Counted from the first letter of the stretch, positions 23,229-36,962 are shown. The stretch: 64,000 nt of DNA from Guillardia theta CCMP2712 (GCF_000315625.1 NW_005434612.1:391038-455037), one strand, 5' to 3'. Notes: generated by a model from the sequence alone, not told the origin. Numbers and translations are program-made.

Positions 23229-24952
23229 ATGGAGCTTGTTGTCCTCTCGGCCATGATCATCATGCCTTGTGCGGTTTCTTGCCCCATGTTCCGATGCAGT
23301 GGGAGGAGGCAGGGGCAGCTTGTCCAGTCCCTGTCTCCCTCCTTATCCACTTTTGTCCCCTCAGACACCCTCAAGCTTGGCACTGCGATCAACACTGACA
23401 TAGTTCGAGACAAGAACGGTGTTGTCTTCGTGCTGAGCACGACCGGGACGCTGTTTGCCCTCAAGGAGGCGCCAGTGCAGTCGGCAGGGGACGCCTGGAA
23501 CCCTCAGCCGAAGCAACTGGTTGAGCTATGGCAGCATAAGATCGCAGCATTCCTGTCCGACCAGCTCACAGTTTCTGTTCCGCTAATCGTGAACAGCACG
23601 AGAGACGACTATCTCCTGGTAGTCGCGGCTCAGAACTCGGTGGTTGCCATCCAAGGGAAGTCGATCGAGCAAGGATACAAGGAAGTCTGGGTCGTCGATC
23701 TTTGCCAGATGGTAAGCGGAGGAGTCGCGTCCTGCTCCCTCAACGTCTACATGTCCTCCCCTGTCCCGTCCTCCGACGGCTCCTCCCTCTTCGTTTGCAC
23801 AGGCTCAACGGGAACAGCAGCTGGAGCTTGCTTCTGCTTGGACGCCAAGACGGGAGCGAGGAGGTGGATCTACAACCCGGCTCCAGACTCCTACCTCTCC
23901 TCTCCCGCCTTAGTCGGGGACTCGCTCGTCATCGCCGCGCGTCTCTCGGGGAACCTGCATTTTGTGTCGGCGGTCAGTGGGCAGCCAGTGAGGGTCGTCA
24001 ATCTCAACAGTCAGATCACCGGGACTCCCATGATATCGCCCAACAACGACATCTACCTCTGTCTCAACAGCGGGTCTCTCCGCAAGATCAGCTCCAACGG
24101 TGATGTCCTGTGGCCTGACAACAGCTTCTGCGGGGGATGGGATGGCTCCTCCTCGCCCGTCCTCCTGCCATCCGGAGAGATCGCGGTCGTGTCAGGATAC
24201 CAACTCGTCGTTGTCAGCGATGGCGGTCAAAGTTTGCGCACTTTCTGCGCCAGCGACGTGCCGGTGCGTCATCTCAACTCGAGCTGAGACCCGGCTCAAG
24301 ACTCCTGCAGGCACACTGTCTTTCCAACTACTCCAACGCACCTGCCATGCAGGTCCCCTGCTCCCCTGCTCCCCCCTCCCTGCACCAGCTCAACTTATCT
24401 CTCTGCTTCCCCCCATCTCCCTACATCACTTCTTGGGTCTCCCTTCCTTTCACCCCCACCCCTCTCTCTGCCCCTCTCCTCCTCCTCTGCTCCTTGCCGC
24501 TCTCAAACTTCCGTTCCCTTCCTCAGGCGTCTGCTGTCCTGACCGCTGACGGGACTCTCCTCCTTCCCGGAGACGCCAACACTCTCCTCGCAGTGACGGC
24601 AGCGGCAGCTGGGAGTCTGGTGGAGAGTTGGAGGTTCGAATACCCGAGGCTTGCAGGGAAGCTGACAAGGAGCGCAGGTTTTCTGCTCCTGCTCCGCTTG
24701 AGATCAAATCAGCTCAGGTCGTTCTGGACGATGGCAAGGTCGTGCTTGCAGCTCGGGACGGCACCCTCTACACTGTCGGGAGCTTCCGCGTCCTCGGAGC
24801 AGGCGAAGTTCGAGTCAACGTGCCCCTCGCTCTTACCGCACCGGACATGAAGAACTTTAGAGGAGGGATGCTGCTGGGATTGCTGCTGGACCTGTCGCTG
24901 CTCCTCTCCAACTACAGTCAGTGGATCTCCTCCTTCTCTGCTCATACTGCTA

Positions 24953-25037
<85 letters not shown>

Positions 25038-26661
25038 CCATACTTGCTGCTCCTTGGTTCGTGACTCGCTGCTGTCACAGGTCAAACTTTCATCTCTTCA
25101 TCACAAACTTTCATTGCAAGCATCGACTATTCAGCAGCTGCACCAGCAGAGGCTCGGGGTAAGTCCGGGGCCGTCGGCCGAGTCACCCTGTCAGTCACTG
25201 ATCTCCTTCTCCTCAGTGTGGTACGTAGTTCGCGATCTCTCGAGCAGCCAAACCTCTGCCATCAGATCAGCGTTTGCCAACGACAAGCTTCTCCTTAACA
25301 TCAAGACATGTTTGCTTGTCTAGCTTCCATACTCCTTTCCCCCTGACAACCTCACCACAGTGCTCAACGCGCAGACTTGCCGTCTCTTCGACCAAGTTCA
25401 AATTCTCCCTCTTCCTCCTCCTCCTCCTCCTCCTCCTCCTGCTCAGAACACTGCTGTCCAACCTTCAGAGCAAGGAACAACAGGGAGCGGAGTCGATGCC
25501 GTGGCCTACGTCAACTGCTCGTCTGACTTAGACTGCAAACTCTCTTGCAAGGAACAAGCTTGCAGGTATGGAAATCCCTTCCTACTCTCCCTTTTTCTTC
25601 GCTGTCCACCTTGTCCCTGCCCCTCCCGTCCTCCTTACCCCCTTGCCTCCCGTCCTCCTTACCCCCTTGCCTCCCGTCCTCCTTGCTTCTTCCCTCCCCT
25701 TCCCTCCTCGTCGTTGTTTCCTCTGCTGCTCTTCCTCACAATCTCCTCAGATGCTCCTCTATCGGATACTGCATCGTAGCAAATCCAAAAACTTCGACAA
25801 GTCAATGGATGGTCCTGCCTCCCCCTCCCCTCACCCTCCTCCCTGCCCCTCCTCCTCTCTTCTTGTGTTGCCCTGCCCTGCCCTGCCCTGCCCTGCCCTG
25901 CCCTGCCCTGCCCTGCCCTCGTCCTCATCGCTCTTCTCAATCCTCCTCTAGATCGTCGTCGTCATCCTGTGCAGCCTGGCGTTCGTGGTCGTCTTCAGCA
26001 TCGCCCTCTGGCACTACCTCTCCTTGAAGGAGGAGCAGCGCTTCCGGGAGTTCATTCGAAGGAGGACGGAGAGGTATGATGAGGCGGTTCCTGCTCAGTC
26101 CTCCCCTGAGACACTGCTCTGCTGCCAGGAACAGGAGGCGCAAGGAGCAAGAGAGCCTTGCACATGGTAGGGAGGATGAGGAGGAGGTAAGACCCCTTCA
26201 TCCACCCTCTTTGATCTGCTCGTCACCCCGGCAGCAGACAAGGAGCGAGGAAGAGGGAGGGTTGTCTGCGTCCGACGCGGGCTCCATCGTCAGCCGAGGA
26301 GAGTCTATGTCAGGTGAGAAACTGGAGGCGGAGGTGGAGGGCAGCTGGGCAGGAAGTGACTGGCAGTCGCAGGGCTCAACGACTCTCTGGAGGCTGGGTG
26401 GACGAGCATACCAGAGGCTCAGATTCAGGTGGGGGAGGAGGTGTGTGTGTGGGGGGGGGGGGGGGGGGAGGGAACCGAAATAAACAGGGGGGAGGGGAGG
26501 GGTGGGGAGGGAGGAAAAGGGTGGAGGAAAGGCAGAGGGCTGAGACTTTAGTGATGAGCAGCGAAGCGATTCATGGCAACGAAGACAACATGACGACTCT
26601 AGCATCCCTGGCCTCATCGATACGACAGGGGCGGCGGCAAAAGGATGAAGACTCCATCTAG
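23229..26661 (+). CDS. Type I membrane protein with a PQQ-like (BamB-type) beta-propeller ectodomain
   Basis: Signal peptide MELVVLSAMIIMPCAVS; repeated SSP...LFV...CLDAKTGARRWIY, SSPALVGD...LHFVSAVSG and GTPMI...LRKISSNGDVLW blades; Cys-rich segment; TM IVVVILCSLAFVVVFSIALW; short cytosolic tail. Confidence 0.7.
24955..25035 (+). repeat. (CCTGCT)n hexanucleotide microsatellite
   Basis: Directly visible; the same unit occurs at ~11725-11770, ~26671-26738 and as (GGAGCA)n at ~52957-53080. Confidence 0.95.
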
Positions 26662-26668
26662 TCCTCTT

Positions 26669-26738
<70 letters not shown>

Positions 26739-27053
26739 GTCAGGTCCTCCTCTCGCACCTCTACCTCCCTCTCCTTCAGTGTGCAACCTTCTTTGTGTTA
26801 ATAATTCTCTCGGGTCCCCTTCATCCTTCCTCCGGTGCTGATGCTACAAGAGATAGCGGGATCTCGCCTACTCGCTGACTTGCGATCCCATCCTCTCACA
26901 CATTCTTACCTCCTCGTCCATGCCGCAAGTGGTACCATCACTCCTTAGCTTCCCTCGGTCCTCCCCTCCCCTCCCCTCCCCTCTCCTCTCCTCTCCTTCC
27001 TCCCAGGCTCCATAACAGCTGTTGAGTAAAAAAACGGGGGACGGGGGACAGCA

Positions 27054-28655
27054 ATGGCGTCGGGGGCGTGGGGGCTAGGGAGCAACGAGAAGGGAGAGGT
27101 GGGAGCAGGAGGGAGAGACAAGGTGGTGAGCTTGCAGCAAGTCTCCATCTGCTCCCTCCATCATCGTCCTCTTCGTCCTCCCTCTCCTCCTCATGTCGAA
27201 GGAGGCCGGCAGTGTCTGAATGATTCCTCCACATCCTCCTCCCGGTGCAGGAGTGAGGACATGGAGGGGGCACCTGCTGGCTGTGCAGTGAGGACAGGAT
27301 CTTGTGGACATGAGTTCTCCGTCATGCTGTCCGAGTGCGGAGCAGTCTGGGTATGCGGAGAGAATGGCAGCGGACAGCTGGGGCTGGGGGATGCGGAAGA
27401 GTGTGGGAGCTCTGCTGGGGGGGAGGAGGGAAACTTCGAGCGAGCGGAGTCGCAGGAGGAGAAGGAGCAGCCTGTTTGTGTCATGACGAGGCTCAAGGCC
27501 TCGCACCTCGAGGGAGGAGAGGTGGTGATGGTGAGCTGCGGGTACGACCATGCCCTGTGCTTGCTCAGCACCGGCGTCGTCCTGTCGTGGGGGGAGAAGT
27601 ACTCAGGTCAGCTGGGGGTCTACCACGACGACTGCTCGAGGCCGCAAGTGATCGAGAGCTTGAGGAGCATGTTCATCGTCTTCCTGTCTGCGGGGGCCTC
27701 GCACTCGCTCGTCGTCAACCAGGACGGAGAGCTGTTCACCTTCGGCAGCAACATCAAGGGGCAGCTGGGGACAGGGACGGTGAGCTTCTGCGATGACGAC
27801 GAGACCAAGACGCAGCCCAGGAAAGTTCTCTTCCCCCCGGGGCTCAAAGTTCAAACCTGCGCTGGGGGAGGACTGCACTCTGTCGCCGTCACGAGCCAGG
27901 GCAGCGTCTACAGCTGGGGTTGTAACATCAACGGGCAGACAGGACACGCGGGTGTGAGCGAGGTGTTGAGCCCGAGGAAGTTAAAGTTTCCTCAGCCGGT
28001 CGAAGCGAAGCTCGCCTCCTGCGGCTTCGTGCACTCGGCCGTGCTGAGCAGGGAGGGGGAGGTGTGGTGCTTCGGGCGAGGGAAGATGGGGGAGCTCGGG
28101 CACGGGAGCTTCAAGAACAGCTCTCGTCCTTGCCGGGTGGAGGCCCTGCGGGGGACGCGAGTAGTGGAGCTGGCGTGCGGCGTTCGGAGCACGTTTGCTG
28201 TGTGCGAGGGGGAGGAGGAGGATCCATTGTACGTCTGGGGTCATACGGAACATCTCAGGAACCCTAGCGAGTCAGACGCGCTCCCGAAGCATGCATGCTT
28301 GCCGCAAAGGCTAGAGCAGCCTCCCGTGCGCAACGCGATCTCTGCCGTCGTCTCCGGCCCTTGCGCTTCCCACATGTTCGTCTGCTACAAGCGCCGACTT
28401 AGGTGAGGAGGGGGCGATGGATGGGGGAGGAGAAGGGATTGGGCAATGGTGCCTGATGCGGCGCAGGTGGAGGCTAGAGCGCGTGCTATGGATCGGCTTC
28501 TTGAAGGTATATTGATATTTATTACACTTCACTGTGACCTGAGTAACCCTTTGCGCTACTTCCAGTGCAAGGAGAGCGTCCTGCATCTGCTGCCTGAAGA
28601 CAGACCCCTCACCTCCAAGATACTCTTGCGGATCGTCGGTCTTGCTTGCTCGTGA
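27054..28655 (+). CDS. RCC1-repeat protein, probably with two extra 3' exons (introns 28403-28466 and 28507-28565)
   Basis: Several RCC1 blades (CGHEFS...VWVCGENGSGQLGLG; SCGYDHA...LSWGEKYSGQLG; AGASHS...FTFGSNIKGQLGTG; GGGLHS...YSWGCNINGQTG). The unspliced stop at 28406 overlaps a GTGAG donor. Confidence 0.9.
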
Positions 28656-28679
28656 GCATTGAAACCAATTGCCGCCCTC

Positions 28680-30858
28680 TCACCTTCCAACCTGGCAAAA
28701 GAGTCAACGACAAGCCTGCAGCACCGCATTACTCACATCCCGCATCCCCTTCTCGTGCTTCACACTCCAAAACAAAAACATCGGCAGAACGATCATGAGG
28801 AAAAGGTACAGAAACCTGTCGAGGTCCGTCATCACCAATTGTGGCTTGCTCCCTCCTCCTCCTCCTCCTCCTTACCCGTAGTTCATGTTCCCGTTCGCTC
28901 GATACAGCTCTCCAACGATCAGTGGCCCAAGCCAGGAGGATCCCTACAGGAGAAGGTGAGCCGCGGATGAGGAGGAGCCGTGCGACAACCTTGTTGGTGA
29001 TCTCGAAGAGAGCGAAGAACTCCGACTCCCTCCCTGCGCGAGTCCATCACAAGGCGGTGAGCGAGCATGCAGGGCCCACCAGGAACAGACAAGTCGGAGC
29101 AGATGGTGCGAGAGAAAGATTGGAGCGACCCGACCATGAACCCATGGATCAGTGCGAACACGTAAGCCTCTGTGTCGGTCTTGAAGCCGACCTTGGAGCC
29201 TGCGCAGAGCGTCAACGCGTCAACCCACGTCTCCTCCTCCCGAACCTGGAATGAACCCCATCATCCCGATCACGCAGATCACAATGTAACCGAAGAGGTT
29301 GATCGTGACGATCGCCTTTGACCCGATTGCCCACCTCTGCTGCAGCCAGAGAAAGAACATGTTCCCAAAAAGCGCAAAAATCATGGTGAAGACGAGGATG
29401 AATGCCAGCTTAGAGCCAGGCATGCAAAGCTGCTGCTGAGCCAGCAACACGCCGACCTGAGCTACGGTCGAGTAGCTGTCTGAGTAGAAAAACCAAGCGA
29501 GGAAAAACTTAAAGGTTTCCGGGTATTGAGCAGCATGTACAAACGAGTTGAACGTAGAATACCATCCGCGGAAGATGAGAAATCTCTCCCCAGTGCTTGA
29601 CTTTCCTTTTCTCACCTTCAAACCCCTCAAGGTCACCACAGAAAACACAGCCCACCACGCCCCCGCGATGAAGATGTTGATCTTGTATGCAACCTCCTGA
29701 TTAGCGATAACAGAGACAAGGATGAGAGCAGCGATAGTGCTGATGATCCCCGACACATACCCCATCATGAAGCCGAGAGAGCTCATGAAGTTCTCGATGT
29801 CCTCCCATACATCATGGTTCCCGTTCGCCGCAACCACTTCCTTGTGGTCCGCAACGATCAAGGGAAGGTACGAGTTGTAGAGCACGTTGGCTGCCCCCCA
29901 GCACGCATTGCTGATGATGACGAGAGCTCCAGCATAGACGTAGAGCGACGAGCTCGTCACACTGATCAACAGCATGCAAGATATACTCCCAACAATGATG
30001 AAACCCAAGAAGAACACGTATCGGTACCTCTCGTAGTCTGCGATGGCTCCTATCGTGATGAAGATGATCAACTGAAGAATGACGCTGTAGGATACAACTC
30101 TCGTCGCAAACTGAAAGGCATCAACGTTTCCAGGCCACCAGGCGATGGTTCTGGTTGGCAGGTCCGTCCATTCTTGACTGCTAGCGTTCCAATACTTGTC
30201 TCCTTCACCCATGATACACATCTGACAGCTCGCGACGCTTTGAGGGCAACTGTAGGAGGTGCAATTTGAGCAGGTAGGGATGAGATTGCCCTTGAAGGCG
30301 GCAGTTTTTGCCATGGACGCCAATAGCAGCGGCATGAAGAAAGTCACGGCCATCGCTGCGAACATGCTGTTGGCCCAGTCGTAGGTGTACCATGCCATCC
30401 TCTCTCTCGATTCCGAGCCCCACAATCGAATCTCTTCTTTGAAACGCTGATAAAAGGGCATCGGCTTGTACCCGTCGCTATGAGAGTGAGTAAAGATCTC
30501 CATGATGGCGTGTGCAGTTGGATCTACAACCGACGACTCTTCCACACATGGTGGTGAGTTAGCTGGTTGCTTGCCGTCCATGCCCAGGGGAGCTGGGTCC
30601 AACTCCTCCATCTGTGTCTCTATGACAGGCTTTGCTGGTTTTAACTGGTGTGCGAGGTCCTCAACCGTCTCTACCAACCTCTCCGAGTCTCACGAGCAAG
30701 AGGGGCTGAAGGCAACGCGCTCTTACGCCTCAGGTGCTGACAGCGAGGGCCCTTGTGCTGCTTCTCCTGTCGTAGACCCTTCACCGTGAAACTCGCCTGC
30801 TCCTCCTCTACTCCTTTCCTCTCCTTATCCACCTGAAGGATACTCGTACCATCGCCAT
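28680..30858 (-). CDS. MFS transporter, Atg22/UMF1 family (termini approximate)
   Basis: AWYTYDWANS motif, IGAIADY, YNSYLPLI, SSLGFMMGY, FFLAWFFYSDSYST, QSFSRTICSDLSVPG|RESEFFALFEITNK|GSSWLGP; about 12 TM segments. Confidence 0.88.
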
Positions 30859-30869
30859 GAACTGGCAGT

Positions 30870-31680
30870 ACCGTCCCCTGGGGGGGTAGGGTACCAACGC
30901 TTACGGCAGCCAAGGCGTATGTCGAGGAGTATCTATGGTACGGGTGGGGGTAGAAATCAGAGTGGGGTGGGGTACTCCGAGACCGTATTATGTGGCCGGG
31001 TGCGATTTTAAAAGCTCTTTCAGGAGGGGTGGGTGGGGGCTGAATAATGGTGGTTTTGGGGGGTAGATGACCTTGGAGCTTTTAGGTTGACAATTGGGTG
31101 GTGGGGGTACCCCTGTAGCCCCCAAAATTTCCAGCAGACGGAGGGTAGTAAAAAAAAAAAAGGTCCATTAGGTTGGGTGGGGTCAACCTAAACTTTTAAA
31201 ATCCCAGATATTGCAGAATGTGGAGAAGTACCGGTACTTATTACAGTAAAATGGGGGGTACAAAGACTTGACATGGCTGAACAAGTGCGGACTACCCCAA
31301 CCCCACTTTTTCACCTGCGGTAGTAAACAAGCACATGACCCTTCCGCCTATTTCACCTCAAAAAGTCACTAAAGGAGGGGGTGCTGGTCCCCACCCCGCC
31401 GGCATAGCGGATCGATTTAAATTACTTCTATGATTAAAATACTTTTTAAAAGATGATCGTTGTAAAGCCGAGAGTTGACTGAAACCTTTCTACACTGCAG
31501 TGCCCTCATCCCCGCTATTGCCATGGCTAACAGGACAAACCCGCCCCGTCACTTGTTCTGTGGCATCAACATTCTAAGGTACAAAATGTGTGATAATTAT
31601 TTCTGCCTTTAAAGTTTTCCTCTGAATGTCCCTGGGGCGGATCATAGTTTATTACTCATGGGAAGGTGCGGAATTTTACA
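30870..31680. promoter_or_regulatory. Divergent promoter region with GGGGTA/TACCCC cluster
   Basis: Dense GGGGTA/GGGGTG copies between the Atg22-like (-) and glyoxalase (+) starts. Confidence 0.5.
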
Positions 31681-31700
31681 GGAGAGGAGGGAGGGAGAGG

Positions 31701-31964
<264 letters not shown>

Positions 31965-32147
31965 GTAAGTAAGTAAAGGTGGGATCGTTTTCGTTTAGAA
32001 CATCAAGATAGTCTGTGGAGTTGGATAGGATAAGTCAGGTATCGGCGACTTTTGAATGCGACGAGTACTAGCAATAGCATGTGAAATTGTGCTCTGACAT
32101 TGATATTTGGATATTTACTTTGATTGAACAGGTTCAACATCTTAGTG

Positions 32148-32911
32148 ATGCTGCCGACGAGGTTCGCACTTGTTGCGAGTGTCTTCATGGTGTCCGATGC
32201 CTTCCTGTTCGCTTCACCCAACAACATCCTGGCGGCTCGAACCTCGCATGGAGGAGTACACCGACTCTTCGCGAGTCCAGCGGCTGCACCTCTCCGTCGT
32301 AGTGCCCCAAGAATGAGCAGCGGGGAGGAAGGGGTGCAAGAGGAAGTGGGTTATCTATCGCTGCAGCATGCTGGAGTGCTTGTTGACGACGTGGAGAGAT
32401 CTCTCAAGTTCTACACTCAAGTCCTGGGCATGAAAGACGAGAGCCACATGCGTAACCCCAACCTTCCTTACCCAGGTCCGTGCTCCCCCTGTCACGCGTC
32501 TGGTTGTTTCCACCTCCTCCCTTCTCTTCTCCCTCCTCTTCCACAGGCTCCTCCTCCCTGCTCTGCACTCTCCTCACCGTTGCTTCTTCTCGCTCCTGTG
32601 CTCTCATGTTGCTCGTCCTCCGCCCCTGTCGCAAGTGTGTTGTGGTGACGAATCCAGCAGGAGCGTTCGTTGGTTGCGGGGACAGTCAAATCCATCTCAT
32701 GCAGCTCCCTTCCCTCGATCCCAAGGTTGGGCGTCCCGAGCATGGTGGGCGAGATCGGCACGTGGCAGTAACAGTCGGTGACCTCACTCCTCTCCTGAAG
32801 CGACTGGAGAAGCACGGAGTCGCGTACACCATGTCCAAGTCTGGACGACGAGCAGCATTCTGCCGCGATGTGGATTCGAACGCGATAGAGTTTGTGGAGG
32901 AGAAGAGTTGA
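32148..32911 (+). CDS. Plastid-targeted glyoxalase/VOC-family protein (lactoylglutathione lyase-like), one intron
   Basis: Signal peptide ending SDA-F, then a transit peptide; HAGVLVDDVERSLKFYTQVLG, LPYPG|AFV...IHLMQLP...GRPEHGGRDRHVA...YTMSKSGRRAAFCRDVDSNAIEF. Confidence 0.9.
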
Positions 32912-32918
32912 TATCCGG

Positions 32919-35900
32919 TCAGTAGAAGGATGAGGCTACGTCGAGAGAGGCATGGGGTATCACAGCTGCTCGCGCTGACACCGCAAGCTCCATGACCAGC
33001 CTGGTAGCTGCGTCAGAAAAGATTCTTTCAGGGGGAAGGCTGCCTGCTGTATCCTGAGGAGAAGGCTGCGCGGTTGCGTAAGGAGTCGAATAAAGCATGA
33101 GTTGAAGGGGACGTCAGGAAAGAAAAGAGTAGACAGAATATAGAAGAGTAGAGAAGAGGAGAGGAGAGGAGAGAAGAGAAGAGAGAAAGGGAGAGGAAGT
33201 ACTCACGGCCAAGAAAGACGTCGCATGATCTGGCCATGGTAAACAAGGAGACAAGCGAGAGCATGTTCTCCTGCTCGGCATCCAAAAGCTTCATGCTTAC
33301 CTGCACCATCAACATCAAGTCACAGGAGAGGATGCAGAGACTGACCGCCTTGGGGATGCTGATGCGAAAGTTGGGACGAGGATGCGACTCGTCAGACACT
33401 GCCACTCGCATGCCCAACGCCTGCAGGCCCATCAGGTCGAGACTCTGGTGGAGAAGTTGAAGACAGAAGCGGTTTCAGAGAGATGCCGCAGAGCGATCGC
33501 GTCCTGTTTCATCTTCAGCAACCCCAACAGAAAAAGATCAGGAGAGAGGTGAGGGGATGACCTCTGTGGCTACGAAGAGCGCAAGCTTACTCCCTTCTGC
33601 TAGATGCTGGTGATGAAAAGAATGAAAGAACAGGAAACGGCAAGTGACAGCAAGAGGATCCAGCAAGACAAGAGCAATGGGAAAACATTATCTGACCCAT
33701 CTTCCGTGAAATCTCCGCCAGCATCGTCTCTGCCATCTTACTTCAACTCCTGAAGTCCCTGACGAAAGGAGAAAAACCTGAAGAGGAGGAGTTGGGACCC
33801 GATGTCTCCTGCCTCCCTCGAATGCTTCTTCTTCCTCGCACCACCCGTAGCAGGACGGAGACGAGCTCGTCGGCATATGCTTGCACGGGGCGGGGAGGAA
33901 TCTCAATGACCTTCGGACAGGTTCAGCCCCCTGCTCGTTGCTCCATCTTTTTACCTTGTGCCCGCTACGATGATGTATGCAGATCCGAAGAGTAGATCCC
34001 TTATCCTAGGAGAGGGTGAGGACGACAGGTAGAAGAATGTGAAACGAGAAGGAAGTAATGAGAGAGCGAGAATGAATACAAGTACACGAGAATGAATACA
34101 AGAACATTGCTACAGAAAGCATCAAAAAGACAGCAGAAGGTGAGAACAGAGGCAAAGACAATCAAGGAATCTGAGCAAGGCAGACATCGGCATACAGACA
34201 GCTACTGGAAGACAAAAGAATGGGTCTACTTTGAATTTCTCGATTTCCTGTGCTATCGCTTCTTCAACTCGATTGTTGGGCCTCAACAGCTGTCCGGATG
34301 AGTAGAGAAGAGGTAATAAACATTCCCTACCTCTCCAATGAGAATCGAGTTCCACCAGAACCTTCCGAAGCCCTAGCACAAAGTAGATAGAGGATGAGTC
34401 GAATGTATCCAAGACAGTGAATAACAAAAAGATCCTCGAACATCTCAGACTTATGCTCATGGAGAACGATTAAAGATCGATATTCTTCATACATGAGCCA
34501 GAGGAGGGAAGCAGTTGTGACTCCATCGCTGCCGTAAGGATCAAAAGGGTAAGAACTCAGCAGAAGGAAAACACCCTACATTGCTGGGGCACCACTGCTC
34601 GGCTCCTCGGGGTACAAGAAGATCAGAGCTGTCAACGAAACTGATGAAAGACTGCAAGAGGGAGGCAAAGTGCTCACGTGGCGGTAACACTGTCCCACAA
34701 GACGACTCGCTCAGAATCATCTCCCTGGGATCGCTTCACTCTCTTTGCCTCTGTGCTCAACAACATCATACAGGACTGAGAGGACGGGGAGCCCTGATGC
34801 GAGGAGAGGGACAAGTGGAAATGTTGAGAAAGTAATGACTCCAGAAGGATGTCGACTGATGTCACTGTCAGTCTCTCCCTCCTTCTTAAATTCTCTCACC
34901 TCATTGTCTGCAACTTTCATCGACCAATCACACTCATCATCCAAAACCATGGTCCGATTTGTCGCAATGGCGTAAGAAAAGGCTTCCATCTATCAGGTCT
35001 GTCAGCTCACCTCCTTCTCATCTCCAGTCCATCAACTCCTCTATTCTCAAGGTCGCACCATGGCGTGGAATTGAGCCCCATGACCCGCGAGCTTAGGGTT
35101 GGTGTAGCAGAATATCTGCAACCAGCTAAGCGCAACAGAAGAGAAAAGCGATAACCAAAAAGCCGAGAGCAAATGCAAGGATCGAGTTGAATCAAGACTC
35201 CATGGAGCCTACCATTCGTCTCGTGTTGGAGCACTTGGAGTCAAGCTAGACGCGAGTTAGTGTACCGGTAGTTAGGAGGTAAGAGGGTGTACTAAGGAGG
35301 TGTTAGAACTGACCGGAAACTGAAGATCTTGAATCAGCCGTCGAAGCTTGGCAGCCGCTGTCCTCTCCGGCTACAAAGGGAGTAGAGAGGAATAAGAGGA
35401 GGAGAAGTCCAAGAGATAGGAGCTAGGTGATGGTAGCAACTAGGTAATGAGGGGCTGAGATCCTCCCTACCAGAGAAAGGGACCTCCCCAACAATGACGA
35501 GTCACTGTGCTGGAAGAGCGCGAGGCCTCGTGGCGAGGGGCACAAGTTGCCGAACTGTTTGCAGATGGCTGATTTGATAACCTGAAGCCACGTGTGACCG
35601 ACAAGATAGAAAGAGGAGAGACGAAGAGGATCGGAGTAGAGCAACTCCATCTCACCCCTTGCGTGAACACGTTGTCCTGATAGAACTTTGGATTGAAACT
35701 CTTGACCAGACGCCTCAACTGTGCATGCACGTCTTCGAAGACGACCTCAACGTCAGGTGGAGCAGATCTAGTAGCCTTCGTTGACAAGCAAGCAATGTCC
35801 AGGTGGGGAGGCAGGAAGGAAGACGGCGAGCTGGCTACAGGGACAGAGGGTGAGGAAGAAACAAATTTCTCCTGGGCCGGCGAGCGTTCGCTCCAATCTG

Positions 35901-36962
35901 ATGTGATGACCTCAAAAAGGCAAGCAGCAACCAGTGGTCACCTGACATCAGCCAGAAACATCTCTTGCGGGAGTTAGAGAGCAGGTGGAGGATGCGGAGG
36001 GATAGCTCGTCGAAGACAAGTCCCTCCCCGTCGTACTCCAACGACACCACAAGGGAGCATCGCTGAAAGAATTTCAACGAAGCTCCGAGATGTTAAGCTT
36101 CAACTACCTCATGGCAATGCTGCATGCTGTTCCACACACTTGATGCATTCGTGGATGGCTCCGAGTCCACCACCACCAGGAGATCCCCGTCATCCATCCC
36201 CTCTCGCCCGTCCTGTGCGGTGTCGGCTGTGTCGGCTGTACCTCCCTTCTTCACCAACGCCCTGAAAGGGAGGAGGGAAACAACTTGCTCGTGCACCTCA
36301 CGATGTTTCGATAGATACTCCAGCACGCTTCTCGGTCGCTCTTCCACCTTCACCCCCACAGTCCCTCCTTGATGCCCAAGTTGCCCATGCAAGACCGTCA
36401 CCGGCCAGTGACTCAGACTTGACCTGATCTCCTCGACGGCTCTAGCGTCATGATGGATGATCGTCAAGTCTTGCGGGTTCGCCTTGGCGACGGCAATGGG
36501 GAGGAAAGGATGGGGTGGGGAGACGAGAATGACGTGGGATCGGCTTGCCAGGGCTTGGAGGACGTGTATCCTGTCGGGAAGATCGAGGCTGTCGTGAGGG
36601 AAGGGGATGGAAGGAGATGGGAGGAGGAGCAGGAGCAGGAGGAGAGAGGAGGGAGAGAGAGAGGAGGGAGAGAGGGAGAGAGGGAGGAGGAGAGGAGGGA
36701 GGGAGGGCGAACGAGGAGTGGGAGGACGGGCCATATCCACAAACTTGTTTCCTTGCACTGCTCGAGTCTCCACATCCCCGCTATGACAATCCCTCGTCCC
36801 CTCACTGACCCGGTGCAATCGCCGAAATGGCACGTGCGGTTGATGGAAAGTAGCGGAGAGGAGGAGGAGGAGGAGGAGCAAGAGAAATCAGGAGGAGCAA
36901 GAGAAATCAGGAGGAGCAAGAGAAATCAGGAGGAGCAAGAGTTTTGTTCGGGGGTAAGACAT
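32919..36962 (-). CDS. Multi-exon secretory glycosyltransferase: degenerate FkbM-like N-terminal domain plus GT23/NodZ (FUT8-like) fucosyltransferase domain; 5' end frameshifted by a tandem repeat
   Basis: AFSYAIATNRTMVLDD, ICIHHRSGHK (cf. GVHVRRTDK), FVAT, SLFTMARSCDVFLG|xFSSGYSR|LVMELA...SLD match GT23-type motifs. Many exons unresolved; could be two genes. Confidence 0.5.

Noticed and set aside
27054-28406. UVR8 photoreceptor
   Set aside because: The GWRHT tryptophan motifs are absent; this is a generic RCC1 propeller.
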